Source of the DNA: Isurus oxyrinchus
Lineage: Eukaryota
DNA: 64,000 nucleotides
Direction of reading: 5' to 3'
Assembly: GCA_026770705.1 (NCBI GenBank)
Contig: JANJGN010000027.1
Span: forward strand, 18,104,001-18,168,000
Part shown: positions 36,701 through 47,776 of the stretch, piece after piece
How positions within the stretch are numbered: position 1 is the first letter of the stretch
Layout of the letters: the number at the start of each line of letters is the position of its first letter
Made by a program: the position numbers and the translations under genes
The notes under the pieces: generated by a model
Databases searched by the model: none
What the model was told of the DNA's origin: nothing
Seen by the model: the letters and a program-made list of their open reading frames with translations, nothing else

Positions 36701-39700
36701 TTTCAAAGTTTGAATATTTCATATGTAACAGTAATTAATGTGTACAATCACTTTGGTGAATACAATAGTGCATATCATGGAATTTTTATTGTTAATTAAA
36801 ATGAGATTGCCATTGTCTACTCCAGACCTGGGCAGAGGAACTAGTTTCTCCTCTTTACAGTGTTTCACACAGCAGGGCAGCTCCATTGGCTTAAATTAAT
36901 GAATGCTCATACAAAGGCTGGGCAGACACCAGCAGGGTGACATCAGGCATTTAACCAGTGTTGCCTTGTTAGTATCTTATTGCCAGGCATTCTTGAAGCC
37001 TTTCAAAATAAGAGATTCTGGCCTTGGAACCAGCGACTGTTTATATTGGTGAGCCGCCAGCATCATTACAATATGAACCCCACCTCTCTGCATGTTGTTT
37101 TATGTGCCTGAATGTGTCGGCTCTAGATCTCAATTCAGATCTTAAATTATTTAAAATACGTTGCAATAATTTTCAACTCTATGGTGCAATTGGTTTCACA
37201 CATTACAACTTAGTAAATAAAACAGTGGACAGCCAAACTAATTATTGTACCTTGTCCATTATTGTAATGTTTAAAAACATTCCAAAAAGAACTGATGAAA
37301 TGCATATAGTTCTTAACTTGTTTTTGAAATAATGATTTAAGTTATAGATATTAATTAATGTTAGAATTATTAACTGCTGAATTTGTTTTTCCTAATGCTA
37401 AATTGTGGCTAAAATGTTTTTCAGTAAAAGAAACTACACTTCCAATGACAGCAGTCATTACTTTGTGGATGGTTGTTGCTGTTGACCCCTTTGAACCTTA
37501 GTGTTTTCATTCTTGTGATTGTTATCGAATGACCTTTGTCAAGTCTGCTCTAAACATGGTGTTTTCTTGTCAAACATTAAAAGGTGTGGTAAGTAGCGAT
37601 GTCACAGGAATGAGTGTGGCAGTGGTTTCGGTAACAGAATTTATTACATTTGGAGCAACATATAAAATATATATACAGTTTGATACAGTTGGTATTTTCT
37701 GACTTGTTTTGTATTTAAGATTTTTAACAACTTTTTTGTCACTGGACTTTAGCCATAATCTCCTGATGCAACTTTTTTCAATTGTCTTTCCTTTATTTTA
37801 GCTAGTTGGTGGAATTTTAGCATACATATAACATGTTCAATATCATTGTATTCAGTTCAGCATTGTCTGCTATTTGTGTGAATTGTACAATTATCGAGAT
37901 AAAGATGATACACAAACTGCTTTTTGAAACAAAGCAGCAAATTGACAGTTTGTAGGCATCAATGGCAAGTGATAATGCTAAATAAAAAAACGCAACATTC
38001 TATAATTCTAAAATTTTTCTAAAGTAAAATAAAGCTAGATGTATTAGTGTTGAAATATCATGTGCAATACATATAGAGCACTGGTTAATGTGTTTGTATA
38101 AAATTCCATTCAATTCAAATGATGGGACAATTATTAAATGAGTACATAAGGAAATTTTCATGTCTGTTTAACCGTGTCGCTAACAATAGCACTCAGCAGA
38201 ATACCTAGCCAGGTTGTGTTTTATTATATTAAATAGTACATCAGTTCCAGATTTCTTCTCAGTCTTAAAATTGAATGTAGATTTTTTCTGAGCTGTTTCA
38301 TATTGCCTCTTATCTAAATCAAAGATTCTAATGAATCTTCTAACTTGTAATTTCTGTTCACACAAGAAATCTTGAAATCTGTTCAGAATTGTAATATGAA
38401 ATGTGTAGCAGAACCCAAGATTGTATTCCTATCAACAAGACCTCCTGCCACATTTTTGGTTTTCACCAATGTTACATGAACAACACCTTGTTAGATTGAA
38501 CTTCCACGGAGTAGCAATCAGCGTTGGATTGCCACTCCTCTCCTACTTTCTTATCTGAAACTTTTTCAACCTTATCTCACCCGACCTTCCAACTCAGGTG
38601 AAATCCGGGCAGTGCAGGGCATCCCTGGGGCCTAGAGTCAAGGACAGCTCAGCCATATATAATAAGGTCACACCCTATATTTTACGGCACTAGCTGCTGT
38701 AAACCAGGTAAGTTAAAGGTCAAGCCAAGTTTAAATGCCCTTGATGGACCATGGAGGAGGTAAGTGGGTAGGTTTTGTGGGGGCGAAGGGCAGGGGGTCA
38801 GATCGGGTTCTGCCTCGGAGTGGGTGGGGGTGTAGCGTGGTGATGGATCAGGCCTCGGGGACGGCCAGAGAGAGGTGATCGAGCCTTGGGTGCAGCGGGA
38901 AGGGGCAAGTCTCGGAGGGGTCAGAGGAGAGCCTCACTGGTGTCAAGCTGGGCTTCGGTGGTGTGGCGGGGGTTACGGCATTGGGTTGGGCTTGGGGGTG
39001 TGGTGAAATTCAGGAATCATGCCTCGTGGGGGTGGAGAGAGTCCCAATGGTGGGAGTTGGGGAAGAGCCCTGATTAGTAGGGCGTGTGGGAGAGAATCCT
39101 GAAAGGAAGAAACATCCTGGTGGGGAAATCCTCATGGGGATTTGGGGTGTGGAGTGAGTCCCATGTGGAGGTTGGTGTGGGTCTGTAGAATAGTTACTCA
39201 GAAGTTAGAAGTGGTTTTGATCCTTCTAACCTTTGCTGGGCAATTATTGATGTTACACAGTCGGAACCATGTGAAGTTTGCGATTTAAATTGCACTTTCA
39301 GATGGTTTCCAGTGCAGGGCAATTGCCCAAGGGAAGTTTGCACTTCCCAGACAAATCTTACCTGGTGGTGAGGGGGGTGGGGTGGTTCCCCCACGCATCT
39401 TTGGGTTACCCCCGAGTTACACTGCCCTGGGGCTTGGAAGTTGCAACCCAATGTCTTTTTTAATATTAAATACAATTTGACTCAAAATCACTCAGTAGAC
39501 ATAAAAGCAGCACCTGTGGACAGAGAAATAAAGAGAGCTTTTTAATTAGTTGACCAACTTTGCGCTGAAAGGTCACAAACTGAAGTGTGAAATAATTTTA
39601 ATTTAGTTTGCAATTCATTTAGACTGACTTAATCTCAAGGCATATTGCACTAATTTTTCTGTAGATGATCCCACCCCAACTATTAGACAAACCAGACTGT

Positions 39701-40347
39701 ACAAATTTTACTTTAATAGCATTGTGCAATATTGTTAATTTGACAGGACAATATCCCATTAGTTATTTATAACATTGTGCAGATGATAACACTGATTATG
39801 GTGACTGCCTCAGCCCTCATTAAAATGTTCTGTGCAATGTACCATATGGACACGGTGATAGTAAATTCATATTTGGGGCAAAGATTCAATACTTGCAACC
39901 CAGATAAACCGCGCAAGTAGAAGACTTCCTCCTGCCCGGGTGCATGATATTATTCAGTATAATTATTTCATAATAGGGTGTAATTGGATTCTATTTTATC
40001 AGTAACCTCACTGCATTGAAAGATCAAATGACTCCTGAGCACCAAAGTGGAATGATTCAACAACATAGGTCTTCACTGTAAGTGAAAAGAGTTGGGTCCC
40101 TCAAGTCTATCTGTGTGACACAACTTTTAAGAGGCCAGAAGACAAAGACTGAATGGTTCACAATTGTATCTGTGTTTTCTTGATCAAGTCTGAAGACACT
40201 GCTGCTTCTCGCGACAATATATTTTCAATATCTACTACGTAACACAACTTCAGGGTACTTCAGTCCCTCAGAAAACTCATAAAAACACCAAGATAGAGTG
40301 GGATAATAGGTAAGTAGACAAAAGGCCCCAGCTATGCCTGTCTCTTT

Positions 40348-41484
40348 ATGGGGTATGTGGAACATTCCTTGTTGCAGTCCTACTCCGGCCCCCTTCCACA
40401 ACTTTTTTTCCGGTACATCGATGATTACTTCGGTGCCGCTTCATGCTCTCGTCGGGACTTGGAAAAATTTATTAATTTTGCTTCCAATCTCCACCCCTCC
40501 ATCATTTTCACGTGGTCCATCTCTGACACTTCCCTTCCCTTCCTTGACCTCTCTGTCTCAATCTCTGGTGATAGACTGTCCACCAATATCCATTACAAAC
40601 CCACCGACTCCCACAGCTACCTCGACTACAACTCCTCACACCCCGCTTCCTGTAAGGACTCCATCCCATTCTCCCAGTTCCTTCGCCTTCGTCGCATCTG
40701 TTCCGATGATGCTACCTTCAAAAACGGTTCCTCTGACATGTCCTCCTTCTTCCTTAACCGAGGTTTTCCACCGACGGTCGTTGACAGGGCCCTCAACCGT
40801 GTCCGGCCCATCTCCCGCGCATCCGCCCTCACGCCTTCTCCTCCCTCCCAGAAACATGATAGGGTCCCCCTTGTCCTCACTTATCACCCCACCAGCCTCC
40901 GCATTCAAAGGATCATCCTCCGCCATTTCCGCCAACTCCAGCATGATGCCACCACCAAACACATCTTCCCTTCACCCCCCTTATCGGCATTCATTAGGGA
41001 TCGCTCCCTCCGGGACACCCTGGTCCACTCCTCCATCACCCCCTACTCCTCAACCCCCTCCTATGGCACCACCCCATGCCCACGCAAAAGATGTAACACC
41101 TGCCCCTTCACTTCCTCTCTCCTCACCGTCCAAGGGCCCAAACACTCCTTTCAAGTGAAGCAGCATTTCACTTGCATTTCCCCCAACTTAGTCTACTGCA
41201 TTCGTTGCTCCCAATGTGATCTCCTCTACATTGGAGAGACCAAACATAAACTGGGCGACCGCTTTGCAGAACACCTGCGGTCTGTCCACAAGAATGACCC
41301 AAACCTCCCTGTCGCTTGCCATTTTAACACTCCACCCTGCTCTCTTGCCCACATGTCTGTCCTTGGCTTACTGCATTGTTCCAGTGAAGCCCAACGCAAA
41401 CTGGAGGAACAACACCTCATCTTCCGACTAGGCACCTTACAGCCTTCCGGTCTGAATATTGAATTCAACAACTTTAGGTCGTGA
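40348..41484 (+). CDS. Penelope-like RT C-terminal half plus GIY-YIG endonuclease (N-terminally truncated, 378 aa open)
   Basis: FFRYIDDYFG, LPFLDLSV, HYKPTDSHSYLDYNSSHP..KDSIPFSQFLRLRRICS, Cys linker CPRKRCNTC, NLVYCIRCSQCDLLYIGET..RFAEH..VACHFN..PSGLN. The Met start is internal, so it is probably not expressed as an autonomous protein. Confidence 0.93.
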   Translation: MGYVEHSLLQSYSGPLPQLFFRYIDDYFGAASCSRRDLEKFINFASNLHPSIIFTWSISDTSLPFLDLSVSISGDRLSTNIHYKPTDSHSYLDYNSSHPASCKDSIPFSQFLRLRRICSDDATFKNGSSDMSSFFLNRGFPPTVVDRALNRVRPISRASALTPSPPSQKHDRVPLVLTYHPTSLRIQRIILRHFRQLQHDATTKHIFPSPPLSAFIRDRSLRDTLVHSSITPYSSTPSYGTTPCPRKRCNTCPFTSSLLTVQGPKHSFQVKQHFTCISPNLVYCIRCSQCDLLYIGETKHKLGDRFAEHLRSVHKNDPNLPVACHFNTPPCSLAHMSVLGLLHCSSEAQRKLEEQHLIFRLGTLQPSGLNIEFNNFRS

Positions 41485-41870
41485 GCTCCCTCCCCCATCC
41501 CCACCCCCTTTCTGTTTCCCCCTTTTTCCTTTTTTTTCCTTATAAATTTTATAGATTTTTCTTTTCCCACCTATTTCCATTATTTTTAAATATTTTAAAA
41601 TCTTTTATGCTCCCCCCACCCTCACTAGAGCTGACCTTGAGTGCCCTACCATCCATTCTTAATTAGCACATTCGTTTAGATAATATCACCAACTTTAACT
41701 TTAACACCTATGTGTTCTTTTGTACCATTGTCGCTGACATCTTTTGATGATCTGCTTCTATCACTGCTTGTTTGTCTACACAAGCACCTCTCTCTCTCTC
41801 TATCTCTCCGCCCCCCCACACACACACCTTAAACCAGCTTATATTTCAACTCTTTCTTGGACTCGAAATC

Positions 41871-41910
41871 AAGTTCTGTCGAAGGGTCATGAGAACTCGA
41901 AACGTCAACT
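41871..41910 (+). ncRNA. Hammerhead-like motif with variant core (CUGUCGA) in the Penelope terminal repeat
   Basis: AGUU-CUGUCGA-A-GGGUC-augag-AACUC-GAAAC-GUC^AACU. The same motif, with a fully paired helix II (GGGUC/GACUC), is at 5964-6002. Confidence 0.55.
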
Positions 41911-42699
41911 CTTTTCTTCTCCGCCGATGCTGCCAGACCTGCTGAGTTTTTCCAGGTAATTCTGTTTTTGTTTTGGATTTCCAGCATCCGCAGTTTTCTT
42001 TGTTTTTAAGTAGACAAAAGGACAAGATTTATGTTAATGGAAAAGACTCCCTCAAATCATGTACAATGTAAAACACATTATTGATTCACTATGAGTCCAA
42101 TACGCACTCCTGTCTTGGTGACTTCACCCCATAAAGCCTGCTCAGTAAACTTGCATCAGCAACAAAATAAACAGAACTCTAGCCAGAATTCCACCCTATG
42201 TTCACACGATCATTATGGACAGCAAAGGCCATCTAGCCCAGCTCCTTTCATCTATCCAAGTGACATACAAACATATCTATTAGGAGCAGGAGTAAGCTAT
42301 TCGGCCCCTTGAGCCTTCTCTGCCATTTGATAACATTGCCTACATGATACCAGTGATTACAACTCAAAAGTACTTAATTGGCTGTGAGGCGATTTGGGAC
42401 ATGGCAAAAGAATCTCTATAAATGTAGGTTTTGTTTTCCTTTCATTATAACTGTATGCAGTAGGCAGAGTGACTGTAGCAATGGTGAAATTGGAGGCCCA
42501 ATACTGATTCTCTAAGGATAGTTAATCACTGAGCAATCAACTGATGTTAGGAAAGTGGCTTCAAAGAAAGCACTACATTTACAAAGCAATTCAACTCTGT
42601 AGCTAAAACACCCTTATCATCCTGACTTCACTGGCACCACCCTAAAATATACGATATATGGCATCTGCCCTTTTTGTGCTAATGACACTGTCCCCAGGA

Positions 42700-42830
42700 T
42701 TTAGAGTCATAGAGGTCTGCAGCACAGAAGAAGGTCCTTCGGCCCATCAAGTCTGCGCTGGCTAAACAAGTACCGAACTATTCTAATCCCATTTTCAGCA
42801 CTAGGCCCGTAGCCTTGTATGCCATGGCAT
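42700..42830 (-). mobile_element. Short CR1 3' tail
   Basis: tagagtcatagaggtctgcagcacagaagaaggtccttcggcccatcaagtctgcgc is the reverse of the tail type seen at 32040-32158. Confidence 0.7.
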
Positions 42831-43422
42831 CGATTTGTCAATCAGACATCTGCCAGCTTCTCAGGAAAAATGTAGATTGAATTGTTGATCTGACTTTTTC
42901 ATTTTTCAAAGAAGAATGAAAGTTGGGTACAAAAATTCAGTACGGCCTTAACTCAAGAACTTGATTGTTTGCTCTTCCTGCAGAAGCTGTCATACAAATT
43001 GTGTTGTACACTGTGAATTGGCATGAACCTAGGACGGAATAGAGATTTGTAAAACCTTTCTTTAAACAATCTCTTAGTGACAAATAGGGATTTCATTCCC
43101 AGACTTTGCAAGAGTATTAAAATAGGCGATAATGAATCAGCATGCTGTTTTGCATCAGTCCCGGTTTTTAGCTTCTTTCTTTAATTTTTATGAGGCCTAA
43201 AATTCTCAAGCCTTTGGTACATCAACACGTCAGAATTGTGTCTGCTTTAGGGCATAATGAAAATTTAGACTGCTATTTATATGCTGGTTTAAACTCAAAA
43301 GAAAATTTTGAGAAGTGTACAGTATTTAATTTTTGTGGTACAGCTCCCCCACCCACCCATCAACCCCCAGACTTCCACTTTTTCACCTCCATCCTCCACC
43401 TCACCTCAAGCATTCAATTAGT

Positions 43423-43626
43423 TCTGACATGATTACATTTTTCGAGCAGATAATCAACCAAGAACATTCACATTACTGCTTCTGACCTTCGGGCAGCTTT
43501 GTGGTTTTCTGGCAGATTTTAAAAATAAATTAGAACCACAAAGCTGCCTGAAGGTCAGAAGCAGCAGTGCAGCGACTCTGTAAAACTGTCCTGAAAGACC
43601 GGCTTGAAAAAATTGTAACTGTCAGG
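43423..43626. repeat. Foldback / long imperfect palindrome (MITE-like core)
   Basis: Inner arms 43471-43506 and 43534-43569 pair almost fully; outer arms ctgacatgattacatttttcgagc and gcttgaaaaaattgtaactgtcag also pair. Confidence 0.75.
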
Positions 43627-46600
43627 CTGACAGTTCGGATTTTTTTTTAAAGCTGGTCTTTCAGGGCTACTGCTCAGTCTGGACGCCATTTACAGCACCG
43701 TGTGGGGACTCCCCCCCTCTCCTGGGCCCTGCCCAGGGACATTGAAAAAATGGCAATATATGTCTAAGTCAGGATGGTGTGTGGCTTGGAGGGGCATTTG
43801 CAGCTGGTGGTGTTCCCATACATTTGCTGCCCTTGTCCTTCTAGGCTATAGAAGTTGTGAGTTTGGAAAGTGGTGTTGAAGGAAAACTTAGATTGAAGAT
43901 CACTGGTTGGAAAAGAAAATTGTGTCTGAGGTTCCATACAGACATGTCAGTGAAAACTGCCCTGCTGTCCAGAATAACCTCAAGCTCTTCTCCACCATTT
44001 TTGCCTACCTGAATGAAGCTCGCTTTCACGTTGCATGGGAACATCAGATGCCCTTTCCGGCCCTAATTGGAACAGACTTGAACCAGTGAGAATTCAGCAT
44101 AAATGATGTCCATTGGATTTAGTTTCCTCTGCTCTCCCTAAAGTTCCCAAATTGGAGTGCTAGAAAAATGAAAATTGGCCTCTTAATGTTGAACTTGAAC
44201 TATCAAAAACTTTTCTGGCCAAATTTAATTTTATGGAACAGGATTTCAGGTATGCAAATTTGCAAGATTTGGGCGTTGCAAAGATGTTGACCTCTCACGA
44301 TTATTTGAATTTTCCATATTTTTATTTGTGTAGTTACACTTTAATCATTGACTTTCATACAAATATTGTTGCCAAAAACAAGTGAGTCAGTAACCACTTG
44401 AGGAAATCTGCTTTGGGAGTGGATTTTTTAAATTCAGCAAAGATTGGAAAAATTAAATCTTTTTCCAAGGTATCATTGAATCAGAAATTTGCAAACTAGG
44501 AAATTGGGTGAATGCTAACTTTGTCATAATTGTGATTTGCTGACTATTCTGATTTGAAAACAAGTTGCACAAGGACACGTTGCTTTCGACCAAATTTGAT
44601 CCATACACAAGTTTATCCCATTTCTGTCAAGCACTCTTTCAGTTAGAACCCTTTTGTTTTGCTTCAGTCCATTATGATATAAGGTGACTTACCAATTTTC
44701 CTGTATCAAGCAATGTTAGTAATTTGTTTCACTAATCAGTGAGGGAAAAGAAGACCTGGAGGCAATAACTACCACCTAGAAGAATGGGCAGAAATAGGAC
44801 CTGGAGATAGTCAGTAGCATCTAGTTGAACAGGTGAAATGAGGACCTAGATGCACTCTACAGCACGTAGAAGAGCAGGCGAAAAGAGGACCCAGATGCAG
44901 TAACCACTACTCAGAAGAGCTATCCAATCCAGTCTAGTCTGTGGCTCTAGAGCGGAACGACCATGTTCTGAGGGAAATCGAAATGTGACATCGCAGGACA
45001 ACAGATAAGCGATTCATTGGTGAATGTTTTGCTATTTATCTTCAAAAACTAATTAATTAGTAATTGTAAGGTCTAATTAGTTGTAAGATTTACCAGCAGT
45101 AGTGAAGGTTATTGGGACTAGCAATGTTTGTAATTATAAAAAAATTAGGAATACATTAATTAACACATTTGCATACAATAAAGATGGCAGGGCAGGTGAC
45201 ATGATGCGATTGCAGTATGTGGGAGATTCTGGAAGAGGGCTGATCTAAGGCAAATAAGTCTTCAGTAAATGTCTGCGGCTTGAGGAGCTTCGGCCCAGAG
45301 CCATTGAGCTGGAGGCCAAGGGGCAGACACTGCCATGCAGCCAGGAGGGGGAAAGTTACCTGGACACTTTGTGCCAGGAGGCAGTCTCATCCCTTAGGAT
45401 AGAGTCTTCAGATTTGATCAGGGACAGGAGGGTGTGAGTACAAACGAGGCAAGTATGGGGAGCCAGAAGGTAGAAGTGGAGGAATCTCAGCCTTTGCAAT
45501 TGCTCAACAGGTTTGAGGTTCTTGCAACCTGTATGGATGAAAGTAGTGGCTGCAGGGTGGATGAGCAAACTGACCGTAACACCATGGTACAGGAAGCCAT
45601 TCAATAAGAGGGAAATAATAGGAATGTAGTGATACTTGGGGACAACATAGTCGGGGGATGGACACAATTCTCTGCAGCTGAGAGCGGGAGCCTAAACAGC
45701 TGTGTTGCCTGCCTGGTGCCAGATTTTGGGGCATCTGCTCTGGGTTGGAGAAACTTGCAATGGGAGTGGTCGTGCTCTACATAGGTACCAACGACACAAG
45801 TAGAACTAGGAAAGAGGTTCTTCTGAGGAAATATGAGCAGCTAGGGGCTAAATTAAAAAGCAGAACCTCAAAAGTAACAACTGGATTACTACCTGAGCCA
45901 TGACCAAATTGGCAAACGGTAAATCAGATTAGAAAGTTAAATGTGTGGCTCAAAGATTGGTGTGGGAGAAATGGATTTTGATTCATGGGGCACTGGCACT
46001 TGTTCTGGGGAAAGTGGGAATTGTACATTTGGGATGGTCTTGACCAGAACCATGCTGGGATGAATGTTCTGGTGAGTTGTATAATTAGGGCGGTAGAGAG
46101 GGCTTTAAGCTAAATAGTGGGGGCACGCGATTTGGGAAGATGTGATAAATTAAATAGGGAAGACAGGGCAAAAGAGCAAGGTAGGAATAAGGGAAATGAT
46201 GATCAGAACATGGCAGGAAAGGACAGTGAATAAGCCTAAGAGTGCACTAGCAGATAGAGATTACTAAACTGTGAAAGGACAGAAAATATATATCTGAATG
46301 CATAAAGCATTCGGAACAGAGCAGATAAATTGACAGCAGAAATAGAAATAAATATGTATGACCTGATAGCCATTACAGAGACATGGCTGCAGGATGGCAA
46401 AGACTTGGACCTGAATATTCAAGGGGACATGACATTTAGGAAGGACAGGAAGCTAGGAAAAGGTGGAGGGGTAGCTCTGTTTATTAAAGAAGACATTGGT
46501 ACAATAGAGAGAGATGACCTTAGTTCTGGAGATCAAGATGTAGAATCAGTTTGGTTAGGGATTTAAAATAGAAAAGGTAAGGATTCACTTGTAGGAATGG

Positions 46601-47682
46601 TTTATAGGCCTCCTAACAGTAACCACACACTATGATGGGATATACAGGAAGCAAAAATGGGGGTTGTGAGAAAGGTACGGCAATAATCATGGATGATTTT
46701 AATTTACGTAGAGATTGGACAAATCAGATTGGCAAAGATTTCATGAAGTGTTATCAGGACAGTTTCTTAGAGCAGCGTATTTTAACACCAACCAGAGAGC
46801 AGGCTATACTAAATCTGGTAACATGCAATGCGACAGGATTAATTAATTACCTCAGAGTGAAGGTGCCCCTAGGTAGCAGTAAGTATAATGTGATTGAATT
46901 TCACATTCAGTTTGACGGAGAGAGAAGTGGATCTGAGATTAGTGTTTTAAACTTACGTAAGGGCAATTATGGGGGCATGAAGACACAATGGGCTAAAGTA
47001 AAGAACTGGAAAATTGGGTTAAGTGATAGGTCAGTAGAGATGCAGTGGCAGACATTTAAGGAGATATTTCAGATTACTCAGAAAAGATACATTCCAATGA
47101 GAAAGAAAGACTATGAGGGAAGGACACACCATTTGTGGCTGACTAAAGAAGCTAAAGATACTTTCAATTTGATACTATCAAATCTCTGCAAAGATGAGTG
47201 GCAGGTCAGAAGATTGGACAGAATATAAAGAACAGCAAAGAATGACAAAACAATTAAGGAAGGAGAAATTAGAGTATGAGAGAAAACTAGCTAGAAATAT
47301 AAAAACAAATGGTGAGAGCTTCTGCGGATATTTGAAAAGGAAAAACGTAGTGTAGTGAGTATTGGTGCTCTAGAGAGTGATGATGGGGAATTAATAACAG
47401 AAAATAAGGAAATAGCAGATGAACTGAACAGATGTTTATGGCTGTCTTCACTGTAGACGATATAGGAAGTCGTATATCCATATAACCATTGTTCTAGAAG
47501 ACTTTGTTTTCACTGGAGAGATCGTCTTATAGAAATGTAAATGCCATCATACCCAGGACACTTGAGTAGATCCGTTTGAAGTCGTTCTTGACATCTTTGG
47601 ATGAGAAATTCCAGAGAAGGCTGCGTGTCTGAATTGTATTCCACACTGGAACTTTCCAGACATGTGACAACCATCTTCAATC

Positions 47683-47776
47683 AGGGTCATGAGGACTTGA
47701 AACGTCGACTCTTTTCTTCTCCGCCGATGCTGCCAGACCTGCTGAGTTTTCCCAGGTAATTCTGTTTTTGTTTTGG
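47683..47776 (+). mobile_element. Penelope-like terminal fragment
   Basis: agggtcatgaggacttgaaacgtcgactcttttcttctccgccgatgctgccagacctgctgag... matches 41883-41976. Confidence 0.85.

Larger units (their letters stand above)
40326..42006 (+). mobile_element. Young 5'-truncated Penelope-like retroelement with a 15-bp TSD
   Basis: Uninterrupted RT + GIY-YIG ORF followed by 3'UTR/terminal repeat; perfect direct repeat taagtagacaaaagg at 40311-40325 and 42007-42021. Confidence 0.95.

Noticed and set aside
38490-39450. G-rich blocks (also 27760-28080) as G-quadruplex or regulatory elements
   Set aside because: They look like interiors of non-autonomous DNA transposons; ends could not be defined, so they are not called.
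40334-41158. 274-aa Pro/Ser/Thr-rich ORF overlapping the Penelope ORF, plus antisense ORFs
   Set aside because: A by-product of the C-rich, stop-poor coding strand; no domain features.
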